Shown here: piece after piece, positions 37,102-47,377 of the stretch
Layout: each line of letters opens with the position of its first letter
Position numbering within the stretch: the stretch's first letter is position 1
Assembly: GCA_016788785.1 (NCBI GenBank)
Contig: JAEUSM010000011.1
Coordinates: 17,200-81,199 of the forward strand
Direction: 5' to 3'
Length of the DNA stretch: 64,000 bases
Origin: Candidatus Kapaibacterium sp.
GTDB lineage: Bacteria > Bacteroidota > Ignavibacteria > Kapaibacteriales > JAEUSM01
The notes under the pieces: generated by a model
Database searches by the model: none
What the model was told of the DNA's origin: nothing
The model's input: only the letters and a program-made list of their open reading frames with translations
Made by a program: the position numbers and the translations under genes

Positions 37102-38478
37102 ATGAAAATAACATTGATTTTTCTCGTAATTGCAATGAATGCACTAATGGTTATGAATACAACTGCTCAAAAACTTCAACGAAAAGGTATGTTGGGTGCA
37201 TACTTTTATCCCGAAACACCCAAAAAAGAATTAGAAGCATTGCAGTTAGAAAATGCTTCCGGCATTTTAGTTCGTGATATAGTTCCTAATACGACTGCTG
37301 AGTCTTTGGGACTGAAGGCAAATGATTTTATTACTTCTGTGAATGGAACGATGGTTCCTACATATCCAGATTTGGTGAACGTACTTTCACAATTAGAAGC
37401 AGGAAACGAAGTAACATTTGAAATCCTTCGAAACAAAGAACAAAAAAAGCTCAAAGGTGTCTTCAAGGAAAAACCTCGCACAGTGTACAAAAATGCAACA
37501 GTTCTGTACGATGAATTTCCTTTTAAAGATGGCAATATCCGTTGCTTTTTGAAAACTCCCACGAATCAACCAATCAAAGGAACAATCTATTTTGTTCAAG
37601 GAATTGGTTGTTTTTCTATGGATAATCTCCCTAAAAACAATCCTTACTATTTACTACCTGAACAATTACTCGAAGCTGGATATCAAGTGTTTATAACCGA
37701 AAAAGCAGGAATGGGCGATAGTAAGAACTCCAAACACTGCTCACAAATGGGATTCAATGAAGAGCTTGCTGTTTTTCAAACAGCATACAAAAAATTGCTT
37801 AATTACAAAGGGGTAACCGCCAATAATATCATAGTCTTTGGGCATTCATTAGGTGGTATCATTGCACCAATATTGGCAAATGAATTTAAACCAAAGGGAG
37901 TAATTGTTTTTGGGACAGGAATTATTTCTTGGAAGGATTATTTATTAAAAGCTCATGAAGAACAAAGCTTGATGCAAGGAATTGATAAGACAATTGTAGA
38001 TGCTCAAATGAAAACATATAGACCTTTTGTAAATGAACTCTTCGAAAATCCAGATCGTTTGGAAAACTTTTTGAAAGATGAACAATACAAAGATGAACTC
38101 GATTATTTGGGATATGAACCAAAAACTGGATTATTCACTGCAGGTAGAACCTTGCAATACCACCGAGAATTATCGCAATGGAGCTTACCAAAAGAATGGA
38201 AAAAAATACAATGCCCTGTCTTATCAATGTATGGTGAATCTGATTTACCTGCTCTTTCAGATATTGACCACAAGGCATTGGTAGCAATTGTGAATAAAGC
38301 ACATCCTGGAAAAGCTACATACCAATTTGTACCAAAAACAAACCATTCGATGCAAGAGGTCGGTACAATGGAAGAATTCGTTGCAATGATGAATAAACCA
38401 GACTATGAAGGTTTCGCAGCTACGAAGTTTAATCACAAAATGATTCAAAACATTATCTTATGGTGTAATACACTCTAA
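37102..38478 (+). CDS. secreted PDZ-domain alpha/beta-hydrolase (GxSxG serine hydrolase)
   Basis: Signal peptide, PDZ-like segment (GILVRDIVPNTTAESLGLKANDFITSVNG), nucleophile elbow GHSLGG; 458 aa. Confidence 0.65.
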   Translation: MKITLIFLVIAMNALMVMNTTAQKLQRKGMLGAYFYPETPKKELEALQLENASGILVRDIVPNTTAESLGLKANDFITSVNGTMVPTYPDLVNVLSQLEAGNEVTFEILRNKEQKKLKGVFKEKPRTVYKNATVLYDEFPFKDGNIRCFLKTPTNQPIKGTIYFVQGIGCFSMDNLPKNNPYYLLPEQLLEAGYQVFITEKAGMGDSKNSKHCSQMGFNEELAVFQTAYKKLLNYKGVTANNIIVFGHSLGGIIAPILANEFKPKGVIVFGTGIISWKDYLLKAHEEQSLMQGIDKTIVDAQMKTYRPFVNELFENPDRLENFLKDEQYKDELDYLGYEPKTGLFTAGRTLQYHRELSQWSLPKEWKKIQCPVLSMYGESDLPALSDIDHKALVAIVNKAHPGKATYQFVPKTNHSMQEVGTMEEFVAMMNKPDYEGFAATKFNHKMIQNIILWCNTL

Positions 38479-38671
38479 CCATAATTTTATCAAAATTTTT
38501 ATTATTTCAAAATCTTCTTTGACAGAAATTCCTGATCAAATTTGGTAGCATATTGAACAGTTTATACAATAAAGAATTCGTTCTTATAAAGAATTTCAAA
38601 ATTAGTAGTTTAAGATAAAAATAAACCATAATTAATCTTGTCAATAATCTTTTTACTTACATTGTAGATCT

Positions 38672-39334
38672 ATGAATATATCACCACTATTTGATTTTTT
38701 ACAAGAATTGCATTCTAATAATTCAAAAGACTTTTTTGATGCTAACAAAAAGCGTTACGAAACATTGCGTGAAGAATGGTTCCAATCAATCGAAGTGATA
38801 CTTTCTGAAATGAAAGAATTTGATCCAGAAGTTGCGGAAGTTTTGCCAAAAAACTGTATGTTCCGTATCAATAGAGACATTCGCTTTTCGAAAGACAAAT
38901 CACCATACAAAACAAACTTTTCCATTGTCATTAATCCTGATGGAAAAAAGTCTCCAAAACCGAGTTATTATTTTCATTTAGATTACAATAAAACGCTGTT
39001 TTCCGCAGGAGGAGTATGGATGCCGGAAAAGCCTATATTGGATCAGGTACGAGAATTTATTGCAGGTAATCCAGAATCAGTGAAAGAACTTTTGGAAAAT
39101 AAAGAATTCAAAAAGTTTTATGGAGGATTTGACAAAGAAGAAAGCCTCAAAACATTGCCAAAAGGATATTACGATGATGTTCCATATCCCGAACTTATCA
39201 AGCTTAAAAGTTATACCGCTAGTCATAATATAACCACCATCCCAAAAAATTCGAAAGAATTTGTTAAAGAAGTTGTTACAAGTTTCAAAGCACTTTCTCC
39301 ACTTATTTTTATGCTTCGAAAAGCAATTTCGTAA
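38672..39334 (+). CDS. DUF2461/TIGR02453-family conserved hypothetical protein
   Basis: N-terminal ...NNSKDFFDANKKRYE...FRINRDIRFSKDKSPYK pattern typical of this family; 220 aa. Confidence 0.6.
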   Translation: MNISPLFDFLQELHSNNSKDFFDANKKRYETLREEWFQSIEVILSEMKEFDPEVAEVLPKNCMFRINRDIRFSKDKSPYKTNFSIVINPDGKKSPKPSYYFHLDYNKTLFSAGGVWMPEKPILDQVREFIAGNPESVKELLENKEFKKFYGGFDKEESLKTLPKGYYDDVPYPELIKLKSYTASHNITTIPKNSKEFVKEVVTSFKALSPLIFMLRKAIS

Positions 39335-39338
39335 ATCG

Positions 39339-39587
39339 TTACTTTTGATTTTTTGACTTGAAACGTAAATACTGCACTCCCACTAATTGGGAGTGTTTTG
39401 TTTTGCGAGTATTCACTCGGTCTCTCCACATCACATACGAAGAGGGTTTCATTGTAGATTTCATCAATGCTTTCACTTCTTGTTCTTTCAGCCCAAATTG
39501 CCTTTTAATTGCATCGAAAGGAGTTCTATCTTCCCATGCCATTTCGATAATTCTATCAATTTCTTTTGTGTCTAATGGTTGTTTCAT
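39339..39587 (-). CDS. small conserved hypothetical protein
   Basis: 82 aa, basic; no motif I can place. Confidence 0.4.
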   Translation of the reverse strand: MKQPLDTKEIDRIIEMAWEDRTPFDAIKRQFGLKEQEVKALMKSTMKPSSYVMWRDRVNTRKTKHSQLVGVQYLRFKSKNQK

Positions 39588-39624
39588 TAAACCTGAACAG
39601 AATTAGAAATGATTTAGTTTCAAC

Positions 39625-39661
39625 AAAAAAAAAGAGCCACTTTCCAGTAGCTCTTTTTTTC
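39625..39661 (-). terminator. intrinsic terminator downstream of the 1407-aa gene
   Basis: agagccactttccagtagctct hairpin flanked by an A-run (left) and a T-run (right); potentially bidirectional. Confidence 0.6.
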
Positions 39662-39678
39662 AATGATTCATTTATCAA

Positions 39679-42600
39679 TTATTTATTGATAATGAATGAT
39701 CTTGTTTCTGTATATGGACCAGCACTCATTTTGCAATAGTACGTACCAGATGGTAGGTCAGAAGTCGTAAATTTCGCTGAGTGTACGCCTGGCTTTTTGT
39801 AATCTGTGATAACACTTCTTACAACATTTCCACTCATATCCAAAATTTGAATATCGGTATACGCATCAAATCCAATACCGAACTCAACAGTACCTTCTGC
39901 ACCATCAATTGGGTTTGGAGAAACAGAAGCTAATGCAAAAGGAACACCTGAACCTACATCAACCAATCTTCCATCCATAAAACATCCAATTAACTCCACT
40001 TTACCAGGAGTTGAAGATGGAATTGCACATACACGATTGTTGATAGTAACATTCAATCGTGGAGTGAATTCAATTGTATCAGCAATCAAAATGAAAAATT
40101 CTGGTAACAAGAGTACACCATTTTGAGAAATAGGTGTAGGACCATTTGCAGTCAGAACCGCTTTCATTGTAGTTGCATCAACACGTACTTCAGAACCAGT
40201 TACCGTCCATCCAGCCGGCAAACTTGCACCTGGTTGAATTTTGTTGTTATATTTCATCCAACGAATGTCGTATTCAACTTCAGCAGTAAAGGAAGTAATT
40301 CCTGATTCAGCCCATTGAGCAGAAGTTCCGCTAATAGTCATATTGGTTGGCGTACCAGGATTGATAGAAATATCATTTTGTAACGCATACTGAGAAGTAT
40401 ATTCAGCTCCAATTCCTAATAAAGTAGAGAATTGAGAAGAATCAAAATCAGTAATCACACGAACTGTTGCTGCATAATTGCCCGGAGTTGGTGGTGCAAA
40501 TCGAACATCAACATCTGCAAACTGATTTGGAGCAATGTTAATCGGTGTAGGTGTAATCAATGTAAATACATTTGGATTCGTTGAGTTCAGTTGTAGATTT
40601 GTAACCGTGATTGGCAAATTACCTGTATTTGAAATTCTAAAATTTCGTACAGGTTGATCACAAGTTGAAACAACTCCATAATTAATGTCATTTACAGTTA
40701 ATGACGGAGAATCAGTCGTAAATCCTCTACCAATAACATCAACAGAAGTTGTAACTCTCGGATTGACATTTGGTCCTGTTTCAGCATCACTTACTATATC
40801 AACGGTTACTGTTCTTAATCCTACAGCCGTAGGTCCAAATGTCATTGGAAGTACAATTGTTCCACCTTTCGGAATAGTAATATTCGTTAAGTTTGGTGTT
40901 TCAAAATTAAACTCTGAAAATTGAGGACTCGCTGGGTTTTTGCTGATACTTTCAATAAACAAATCAGCAGTAGTTGACGGATTAGTAATTGTAACAGCAC
41001 TTGGATAAATTGGTGAAGTAGTTCCAACCAACAAACTTCCAAAATCATGACCTAATGCAGTAATTTTTGGCAATATACCCACTCCACGAAGAGAACCCTG
41101 AACGGTCGTATTATCGTTGAATGTCGCAACAATTGGATTTGTGTGTGTTGCTTCAACTTGCGGTGTATAGCGTACTGTAAACTTGACTTCATTAGCATTA
41201 TTAGGTAATAAAGTAAATGGATTACCTAACAACACAGTCGGAGGATCAGAAGCTATAATCTCAAAATTAGGATTTGCTGGAAGTATTTCTCCTCGTGATA
41301 GAATAATCTGAGAAGTACCAGAATTTCTTACAAAAATATCACCTGTATGCTCTGTCAAAACACGACGTTCATCCCAATCATACGAAGTAATGGTTGGACC
41401 TGGTGTAATACCATTTCCTTGCCATAATGAAATAGAATCAGAACCTTCAACACCATCATGCTCAACAACAACATCTAATGTACTTGGACCAACTTGTGTT
41501 GGAAAGTAACAAAGAGCATTGACATCTACTTGCGATTTAGGAGCTATTTTTATTGGTAACGCAGGAATAGTTGGATCACTTAGCGTAAACGGAGCATTTA
41601 CATTCGAGAAGCGGAAAATTGTTAATGTATCCGTACCTGGATTTTGAATACGTAATCCTCTAAATGGAGGTTGTGCTAATTTACATACAGAGCTTCCAAC
41701 AACTACATCACCAGCATTCCAATCCTCAATAATAATCTTTGGAACAACACCACGACCCGTTACAGGAACTTTGAACAATGCACAAGAAGTTTCAACTTCA
41801 ACAGTATCTTTATCAATGTCTGTAGGCAACAAAGCCTCTCTAAACGGTGTATATCTCACTGTAAAGGTATGAGTTGCTTGAGGAGCAAGAGTAAGCTCCG
41901 GAGGGATTTGACCAGCAAAGATAGAGAAACCTTCTCCACCAGAGAATAGTTTAATTTCTTTAATAAGAATGGAAGAATCACCAGGATTTGTAATTGTGAC
42001 ATCAATATCACGAGTTCTACCAATTCGTAACTGATTAAATACTAATGGTGTCGGATTAAACGTGAGAACTTGAGCTTCGTATGCAACAGAGTCCAAAGTA
42101 AAGTTATCAGCTCTATCACGAATAAGGTATTTACAGAAAGCATTTTGAGTTTTATCAACTACTCTTAGTTCATAATCATAACTATCGATGAGTTCATTGA
42201 TATCTATTGGAGGATCAAACAGTTGATAATTGTTGTTTTCTAATATAAAAATTTCTTTTACACCTTGATCAACTTGACGTGCTGAATCACCAGGTGCACC
42301 GTTTCTTTTTTCAGTAGCTCTGATTTTATAATCTCCACATTCTACTTGTTTTAACAAAACTGGAGGTAAGGTATCAAGTTCATCAATTTTACGAACAGCA
42401 GTTGCTGCAGGCCATCCGTAACTGTCAAAAGTAGAGAAACCATAAACATAACCACCAAATGGTAATTCGGATTCAACCGTATGACTTCCAGCTGACATCA
42501 CAATAGATGCCCAATAGATATCTGTTCCTGGTATATTTGCAGATTTAAATGCAGGGTTAGTTATATATATAAATTGACCATCAACTTTTACAGTTTCCAA

Positions 42601-43902
42601 CAATTTCGAACGTTTTACCAAATCTGGTTCTGATGCAGCATCAACCAATATATTGAAATAATTTAATGTATATCCTGAAGGAGTTTGAAATACTGTACCT
42701 TTCGTATATTGTTCAGCCGCAATGACATTCACCATAAATGGGTCAAAGATTGAAGCTCCATCCCAATTTGCAGAATATGCATATTGCATTACAAAGAACG
42801 GTTTATCCGCTGTCCATACAGATGTACCGCGAATAGAACTTGAGCCGACAGCACCTTCTACATAATCCCAAAATTCTCCAGCATTTGCAATGAATCCATC
42901 GTAGTTACCTATAGGTTGTTTGGTAGATTTATCATACCATTTCACACTCCATGTAGTATTTGGTTCTGAAGCCATTACACGAAAGAAATCCCCTCGACCA
43001 TTACGTTGCATTTCGACAGTATAATATTTTTTTCCCCAAGCTTGTACTGGAGGTAACATTTCCACCATATGGTCTTGAGAACCTCCCGAGGCTTGTGGCA
43101 TTACGGTACGAACATGATAACTTAAAAAGCCTATTGGTTTATTTGATCGAATTGAAGAACCACTCATATCAAAAATACCAGAAGACCCGCAATATCCTCT
43201 AATTGTATAGCATTCACCTGCATTTAAGGTCACTCGGAAAGATTGTCCCAATCGTTTACCGCCAATAGTTGTACATCCTAAACCTGAAGAAGGTCCTTTT
43301 AGTGTCACATCTACAACGGTACCATCATCTTTGGCTACAAATGCAAACCCTGATGCCCAAGGAAACTGAACACCTGTTGCTTGCCAATCCCAATAGGCAA
43401 TGTTAATATAATTTCTTCCCCAAGTGCTTGTTGGAAGTGCCAAATAGCCATCTGAAGTTAAAGATTTATTGTTAATTACATATACCGATATAGGTTGAGG
43501 TGCAGAAAACTTTATTGCTTTATTTTGCACTGGAACCTCAGTAGGTTGCCATAACTCGTATGAACCATCAATATCTCCAGACCTTGCAGAAAATTCAATA
43601 ACTTCAAAAGCCTTGACATTTTTCGTTACTTTTTTTCCTACTCCAGGTACTTCCATTGTTACTTGTGTATTAAAGGCGGAGGTTACATATACCGCCATTG
43701 TAACAACACCCGATGCAGGTCCGTCGTTAGGTGGAATAACAACCCAAAATTCACGACCTTGGGCATCTCCATTGTACATTTTTTCTAAAGGAAGTTTTTT
43801 ACCCTGTGAAAAAACATTGAGGGTTGTGACCATTATTAGTAGAGTAAAGGCTACTAACTTGGTACAAAAAGATAAGTAATTTCGTTGCATATTACATCTC
43901 AA
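39679..43902 (-). CDS. large secreted multi-Ig-domain protein with T9SS C-terminal sorting domain
   Basis: 1407 aa; signal peptide; many repeated ~100-aa beta domains; the C-terminal ~90 aa resembles a Por-secretion CTD. Confidence 0.7.
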   Translation of the reverse strand: MRCNMQRNYLSFCTKLVAFTLLIMVTTLNVFSQGKKLPLEKMYNGDAQGREFWVVIPPNDGPASGVVTMAVYVTSAFNTQVTMEVPGVGKKVTKNVKAFEVIEFSARSGDIDGSYELWQPTEVPVQNKAIKFSAPQPISVYVINNKSLTSDGYLALPTSTWGRNYINIAYWDWQATGVQFPWASGFAFVAKDDGTVVDVTLKGPSSGLGCTTIGGKRLGQSFRVTLNAGECYTIRGYCGSSGIFDMSGSSIRSNKPIGFLSYHVRTVMPQASGGSQDHMVEMLPPVQAWGKKYYTVEMQRNGRGDFFRVMASEPNTTWSVKWYDKSTKQPIGNYDGFIANAGEFWDYVEGAVGSSSIRGTSVWTADKPFFVMQYAYSANWDGASIFDPFMVNVIAAEQYTKGTVFQTPSGYTLNYFNILVDAASEPDLVKRSKLLETVKVDGQFIYITNPAFKSANIPGTDIYWASIVMSAGSHTVESELPFGGYVYGFSTFDSYGWPAATAVRKIDELDTLPPVLLKQVECGDYKIRATEKRNGAPGDSARQVDQGVKEIFILENNNYQLFDPPIDINELIDSYDYELRVVDKTQNAFCKYLIRDRADNFTLDSVAYEAQVLTFNPTPLVFNQLRIGRTRDIDVTITNPGDSSILIKEIKLFSGGEGFSIFAGQIPPELTLAPQATHTFTVRYTPFREALLPTDIDKDTVEVETSCALFKVPVTGRGVVPKIIIEDWNAGDVVVGSSVCKLAQPPFRGLRIQNPGTDTLTIFRFSNVNAPFTLSDPTIPALPIKIAPKSQVDVNALCYFPTQVGPSTLDVVVEHDGVEGSDSISLWQGNGITPGPTITSYDWDERRVLTEHTGDIFVRNSGTSQIILSRGEILPANPNFEIIASDPPTVLLGNPFTLLPNNANEVKFTVRYTPQVEATHTNPIVATFNDNTTVQGSLRGVGILPKITALGHDFGSLLVGTTSPIYPSAVTITNPSTTADLFIESISKNPASPQFSEFNFETPNLTNITIPKGGTIVLPMTFGPTAVGLRTVTVDIVSDAETGPNVNPRVTTSVDVIGRGFTTDSPSLTVNDINYGVVSTCDQPVRNFRISNTGNLPITVTNLQLNSTNPNVFTLITPTPINIAPNQFADVDVRFAPPTPGNYAATVRVITDFDSSQFSTLLGIGAEYTSQYALQNDISINPGTPTNMTISGTSAQWAESGITSFTAEVEYDIRWMKYNNKIQPGASLPAGWTVTGSEVRVDATTMKAVLTANGPTPISQNGVLLLPEFFILIADTIEFTPRLNVTINNRVCAIPSSTPGKVELIGCFMDGRLVDVGSGVPFALASVSPNPIDGAEGTVEFGIGFDAYTDIQILDMSGNVVRSVITDYKKPGVHSAKFTTSDLPSGTYYCKMSAGPYTETRSFIINK

Positions 43903-43989
43903 TAAGTAATAGTTTAAAACAGATTTCCATAAAGTTATGTAAAATTTTCCTTAAAAAAAAGCAATTTCTTGTTTTCGATGAAATATTTT

Positions 43990-44571
43990 TTAAAAATTCC
44001 AAATCTTAAGAATGTTTTTCTGCTCGTTAATGTCCAATTTTGGGGAAGAATAGTGTCCTAAAATATTTTTTTGTCGAAATGCCTCATACAAACAAATTGA
44101 GCATGCTACCGATATATTGAGACTTTCAGCAAATCCAACCTGTGGAATAAAAATGACACTATCTGAGGAATCTTTTACTTCAGTTGTAATTCCCTCGTGT
44201 TCATTTCCAAATACCAACGCTATCTTTTGCGAGAAATCTATCTCGTACACACTTTTTGAATTTGCTTCAACATTGGTTGAAACAATTGAAAACCCTTGCT
44301 CCTTTAATGTTTCGAAACACTCATTGACAGAAGTAAATTTATGGACAATCATCCATTTTCGTACTCTTCCAGAACTTTTGTTGTTTAATTGTGGAAATTT
44401 TTGTCCAGAATGGTAAATCATATAGATTTCAAGAACACCGATTGCGTCGCAAGTTCTTAATACTGCAGAAACATTATGTGGGTCGTGAACATTTTCTAAT
44501 ACTACGACAATGTCATTTTGTCGTTTTGAAAGTACTTCCATCATTCGTTGCATTCTCTTTTCTGTTGGCAT
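43990..44571 (-). CDS. SpoU/TrmH-family RNA 2'-O-methyltransferase
   Basis: VLENVHDPHNVSAVLRTCDAIG block and C-terminal SLNISVACSI knot motif; 193 aa. Confidence 0.75.
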   Translation of the reverse strand: MPTEKRMQRMMEVLSKRQNDIVVVLENVHDPHNVSAVLRTCDAIGVLEIYMIYHSGQKFPQLNNKSSGRVRKWMIVHKFTSVNECFETLKEQGFSIVSTNVEANSKSVYEIDFSQKIALVFGNEHEGITTEVKDSSDSVIFIPQVGFAESLNISVACSICLYEAFRQKNILGHYSSPKLDINEQKNILKIWNF

Positions 44572-44633
44572 ATTCTCTGTGTTTCGGTAAAAAAGTGTAT
44601 TTTTGTTTTTCGATTTAGTTTTGATTTTCGTTC

Positions 44634-46391
44634 ATGAGAGTAATTTTTCTTGTAATTTTCTTCATCACAATTATTACCGCAACTGTATACGCACAAAGTT
44701 ATTCAGTCGGCGGCGTTACTCCTGTTCAACTAATTAATACTGCTAATGACGATTTTGCACCAAGAGTAATCAACAACGAGTTACATTGGATTGAAAATCT
44801 TGGTACTGTCCTTAAAAAAAAATCGAAACCCTTTCCTTTAGAAGTCTCAAATGAGACCATAGTATCGCAAGGTGTTTTTGTGGATGTGTATGCATCTTCT
44901 TCCATTATTGCTCGTCCAATTCAAACAGAAGAATACCTAACAGTGCAATTGTTTCAGCACTCTCAAAACAATGATGAAACACTTCCATTGTTTGAAGAGT
45001 TTTCATACTGTTCACAGCCTTCTATTTCACCAAGTGGAAATGTACTGTACTTTTCTGGAAGGAATGATGAAAACACTTTTACAACAGACATTTTTGTTTC
45101 ATTTAAGTTGAACGGAAAATGGCAGTCCCCAATAGTCTTAAGCTCTAAAATTAATTCTGAGGCTAATGAAATCACACCATTTGCAATTTCTGAAGATACT
45201 TTGATTTTTGCATCAAATGGATTGGGTGGAAAGGGTGGATATGATTTGTTTATTGTTTCAAAAGACGGCTCACAATGGAATGATCCAATATCATTGAATG
45301 AACTGAATTCTTCTGGAAATGATTCTGATCCTTTTGTAACCAAAGAGGGTGTAATCTATTTCGCATCCGATAGAAAAGGGATAATTTCTGGTTACGATAT
45401 ATACTCTGCTTCGTTTATTCCTCAAACAATTGAGACCAAAGAAGCTATAACGTATTACCCAAAAGGAATAGAAATTTTACGTTCATCTACGGAGGAATTA
45501 TTTACAATACCTACCATCATTCCACTACCTTGGTTGGAATCTATTCCATCATCAACAAGTTCAGAATTTCCATTGTACGACGAATGGAAAAAAACTATTG
45601 GATTAATTGAGTTTCAACGAGAAAAGCAACATTCTGTCCTTTCAGCATTCATACCATCTACTGTTAGTATTACTCCCACCATAGTAACCCAAATACGTGA
45701 ACTATTAAAAAATTTCACTCCCATAATTAGGCAAAACTCTGGTAAGGTGGAAAATGGCATTGTACTGATAACTGACAACATTCAACAATTCAAACCCTTG
45801 AAAATTTCCAATACAACACAAAAACTCTTGACTCCCCAACTAACATTTTTTTGGGAAAGGAAAGATTTCGATGCAACCCAATGGGAAGTAAATGTTGCCA
45901 CATCCTCCGTTAATTTGCTATCATTATTTGGGAAATGTTTGCCCGATGAGCAATCATTACAATTCAGTTTAGATACGATAGTGAAGTTACTTTCAACTGA
46001 GGACGATGCTCTCAATTGCACTGTTTACCTTATTAATGAGCAATCCGAAGTTTTCGAAAATACCTTTTCAATTCCAATCATTAAAACCACTATTTCTAAA
46101 ACTGGAAAAACTTCTAATGTTTGGAATAACTTTTATGTGTATTTTGGAGATGTAGATTCGAAAAAAGCTGTTTACTCACTGTATACACAAAGTATTCTGG
46201 ATGCTTCTATTGCTAATGAATTGCAAATAGAATACTCAAAAGAATATGAAAATGATGCACTATTGTTTCAACAATTGTTAGAAACTAATGGCAAGAAGGT
46301 AACTACGAAAGTACGAAAATCTCGGTATGTACAGGAAAGCGGTGCAGCGATTTTAGAATCTACAATGATGACTATCTCATTTCCGCGATAA
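44634..46391 (+). CDS. periplasmic PD40/TolB-like beta-propeller repeat protein
   Basis: Signal peptide; repeated motifs (FASNGLGGKGGYDLFIVS, YFASDRKGIISGYDIYSA) typical of PD40 repeats; 585 aa. Confidence 0.55.
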   Translation: MRVIFLVIFFITIITATVYAQSYSVGGVTPVQLINTANDDFAPRVINNELHWIENLGTVLKKKSKPFPLEVSNETIVSQGVFVDVYASSSIIARPIQTEEYLTVQLFQHSQNNDETLPLFEEFSYCSQPSISPSGNVLYFSGRNDENTFTTDIFVSFKLNGKWQSPIVLSSKINSEANEITPFAISEDTLIFASNGLGGKGGYDLFIVSKDGSQWNDPISLNELNSSGNDSDPFVTKEGVIYFASDRKGIISGYDIYSASFIPQTIETKEAITYYPKGIEILRSSTEELFTIPTIIPLPWLESIPSSTSSEFPLYDEWKKTIGLIEFQREKQHSVLSAFIPSTVSITPTIVTQIRELLKNFTPIIRQNSGKVENGIVLITDNIQQFKPLKISNTTQKLLTPQLTFFWERKDFDATQWEVNVATSSVNLLSLFGKCLPDEQSLQFSLDTIVKLLSTEDDALNCTVYLINEQSEVFENTFSIPIIKTTISKTGKTSNVWNNFYVYFGDVDSKKAVYSLYTQSILDASIANELQIEYSKEYENDALLFQQLLETNGKKVTTKVRKSRYVQESGAAILESTMMTISFPR

Positions 46392-47219
46392 CGATAGTTG
46401 GTAACAACAAAGTGCTGTTGCAATAGCAACATTCAACGATTCTGTGTTTTTGTTATCTGCAAAGGAAGGAATAAATACGGTGTTATGAGCTAATTCACAC
46501 AATTCAGAGGAAACTCCTTGTGCTTCAGAACCCATTATAAACACTGTTGGTTTATCAAAAACACATTCTGACAATTTCGTGGAACCTTGCAATGAAGTAG
46601 CAAAAATGGAGTGTGTAAATCGTAAAGGTTGCAAGATTTCTATAAGTGAAGCAGTTCTCACAAAAGAAATAGCAAATAGTGATCCTGTAACTGATCTCAC
46701 AACTTTTGGCGACCAAATATCTGCACATTGATTGGACATAACAATTGTTTGAATACCAAACCACTGAGCTGTTCGTAAAATAGTTCCAATATTTCCTGGG
46801 TCTTGAATTCCATCAAGCACCAAAACATCGCCTGAGAAGTCGGGTTTTGATTGCGGTTTTTTTGCAACTGCAACAATAGGTTGTGGAGTTATAGTATCTG
46901 TAAAATTTGAAAACGAAGATTTTGTACTATAATACAATTGAATATTTTTTTCTTTACATGTATCAATGATATCTTCAACTTGTGAAAAGAAATTCTCTTC
47001 AATTACAACATATTCAATATGTGTGGTGTGTTTTAAGGTTTCTTCTATACATTTTACACCCTCAACTAAAAATAACCCTTCCTCATCTCGGTACTTTTTT
47101 TTCAACAGTTGTGGGATTTGTTTGAGAATTGCAGCTGGAATTGGTTGAATTTTAATCATAAGAATGTAAATTTGACAAGAGAAACTAAAAATACCATAAG
47201 AAAGTAAGTTTTTCAACAA
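46377..47219 (-). CDS. SpoU/TrmH-family rRNA/tRNA methyltransferase (RlmB-like)
   Basis: LVLDGIQDPGNIGTILRTAQWFG block and C-terminal ESLNVAIATAL knot motif; 280 aa. Confidence 0.75.
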   Translation of the reverse strand: MLKNLLSYGIFSFSCQIYILMIKIQPIPAAILKQIPQLLKKKYRDEEGLFLVEGVKCIEETLKHTTHIEYVVIEENFFSQVEDIIDTCKEKNIQLYYSTKSSFSNFTDTITPQPIVAVAKKPQSKPDFSGDVLVLDGIQDPGNIGTILRTAQWFGIQTIVMSNQCADIWSPKVVRSVTGSLFAISFVRTASLIEILQPLRFTHSIFATSLQGSTKLSECVFDKPTVFIMGSEAQGVSSELCELAHNTVFIPSFADNKNTESLNVAIATALCCYQLSLSRK

Positions 47220-47377
47220 TACTCGGTAAATGGGACAATTGGTAGAAAAAATATTCTCTAAAAGAGGCTAAAACCGTTCATTTCCATTGTTACGTACAGA
47301 ACTATTATTATATTGCAGTTCTTTTGCGAAAATTTAAATATATATATATACACTGATATTTTATCGGAGGATTACCA

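Noticed and set aside
47338-47352. (TA)6 microsatellite upstream of secD
   Set aside because: It is short, sits in an AT-rich promoter region, and is probably just part of a -7/-10-like AT tract.
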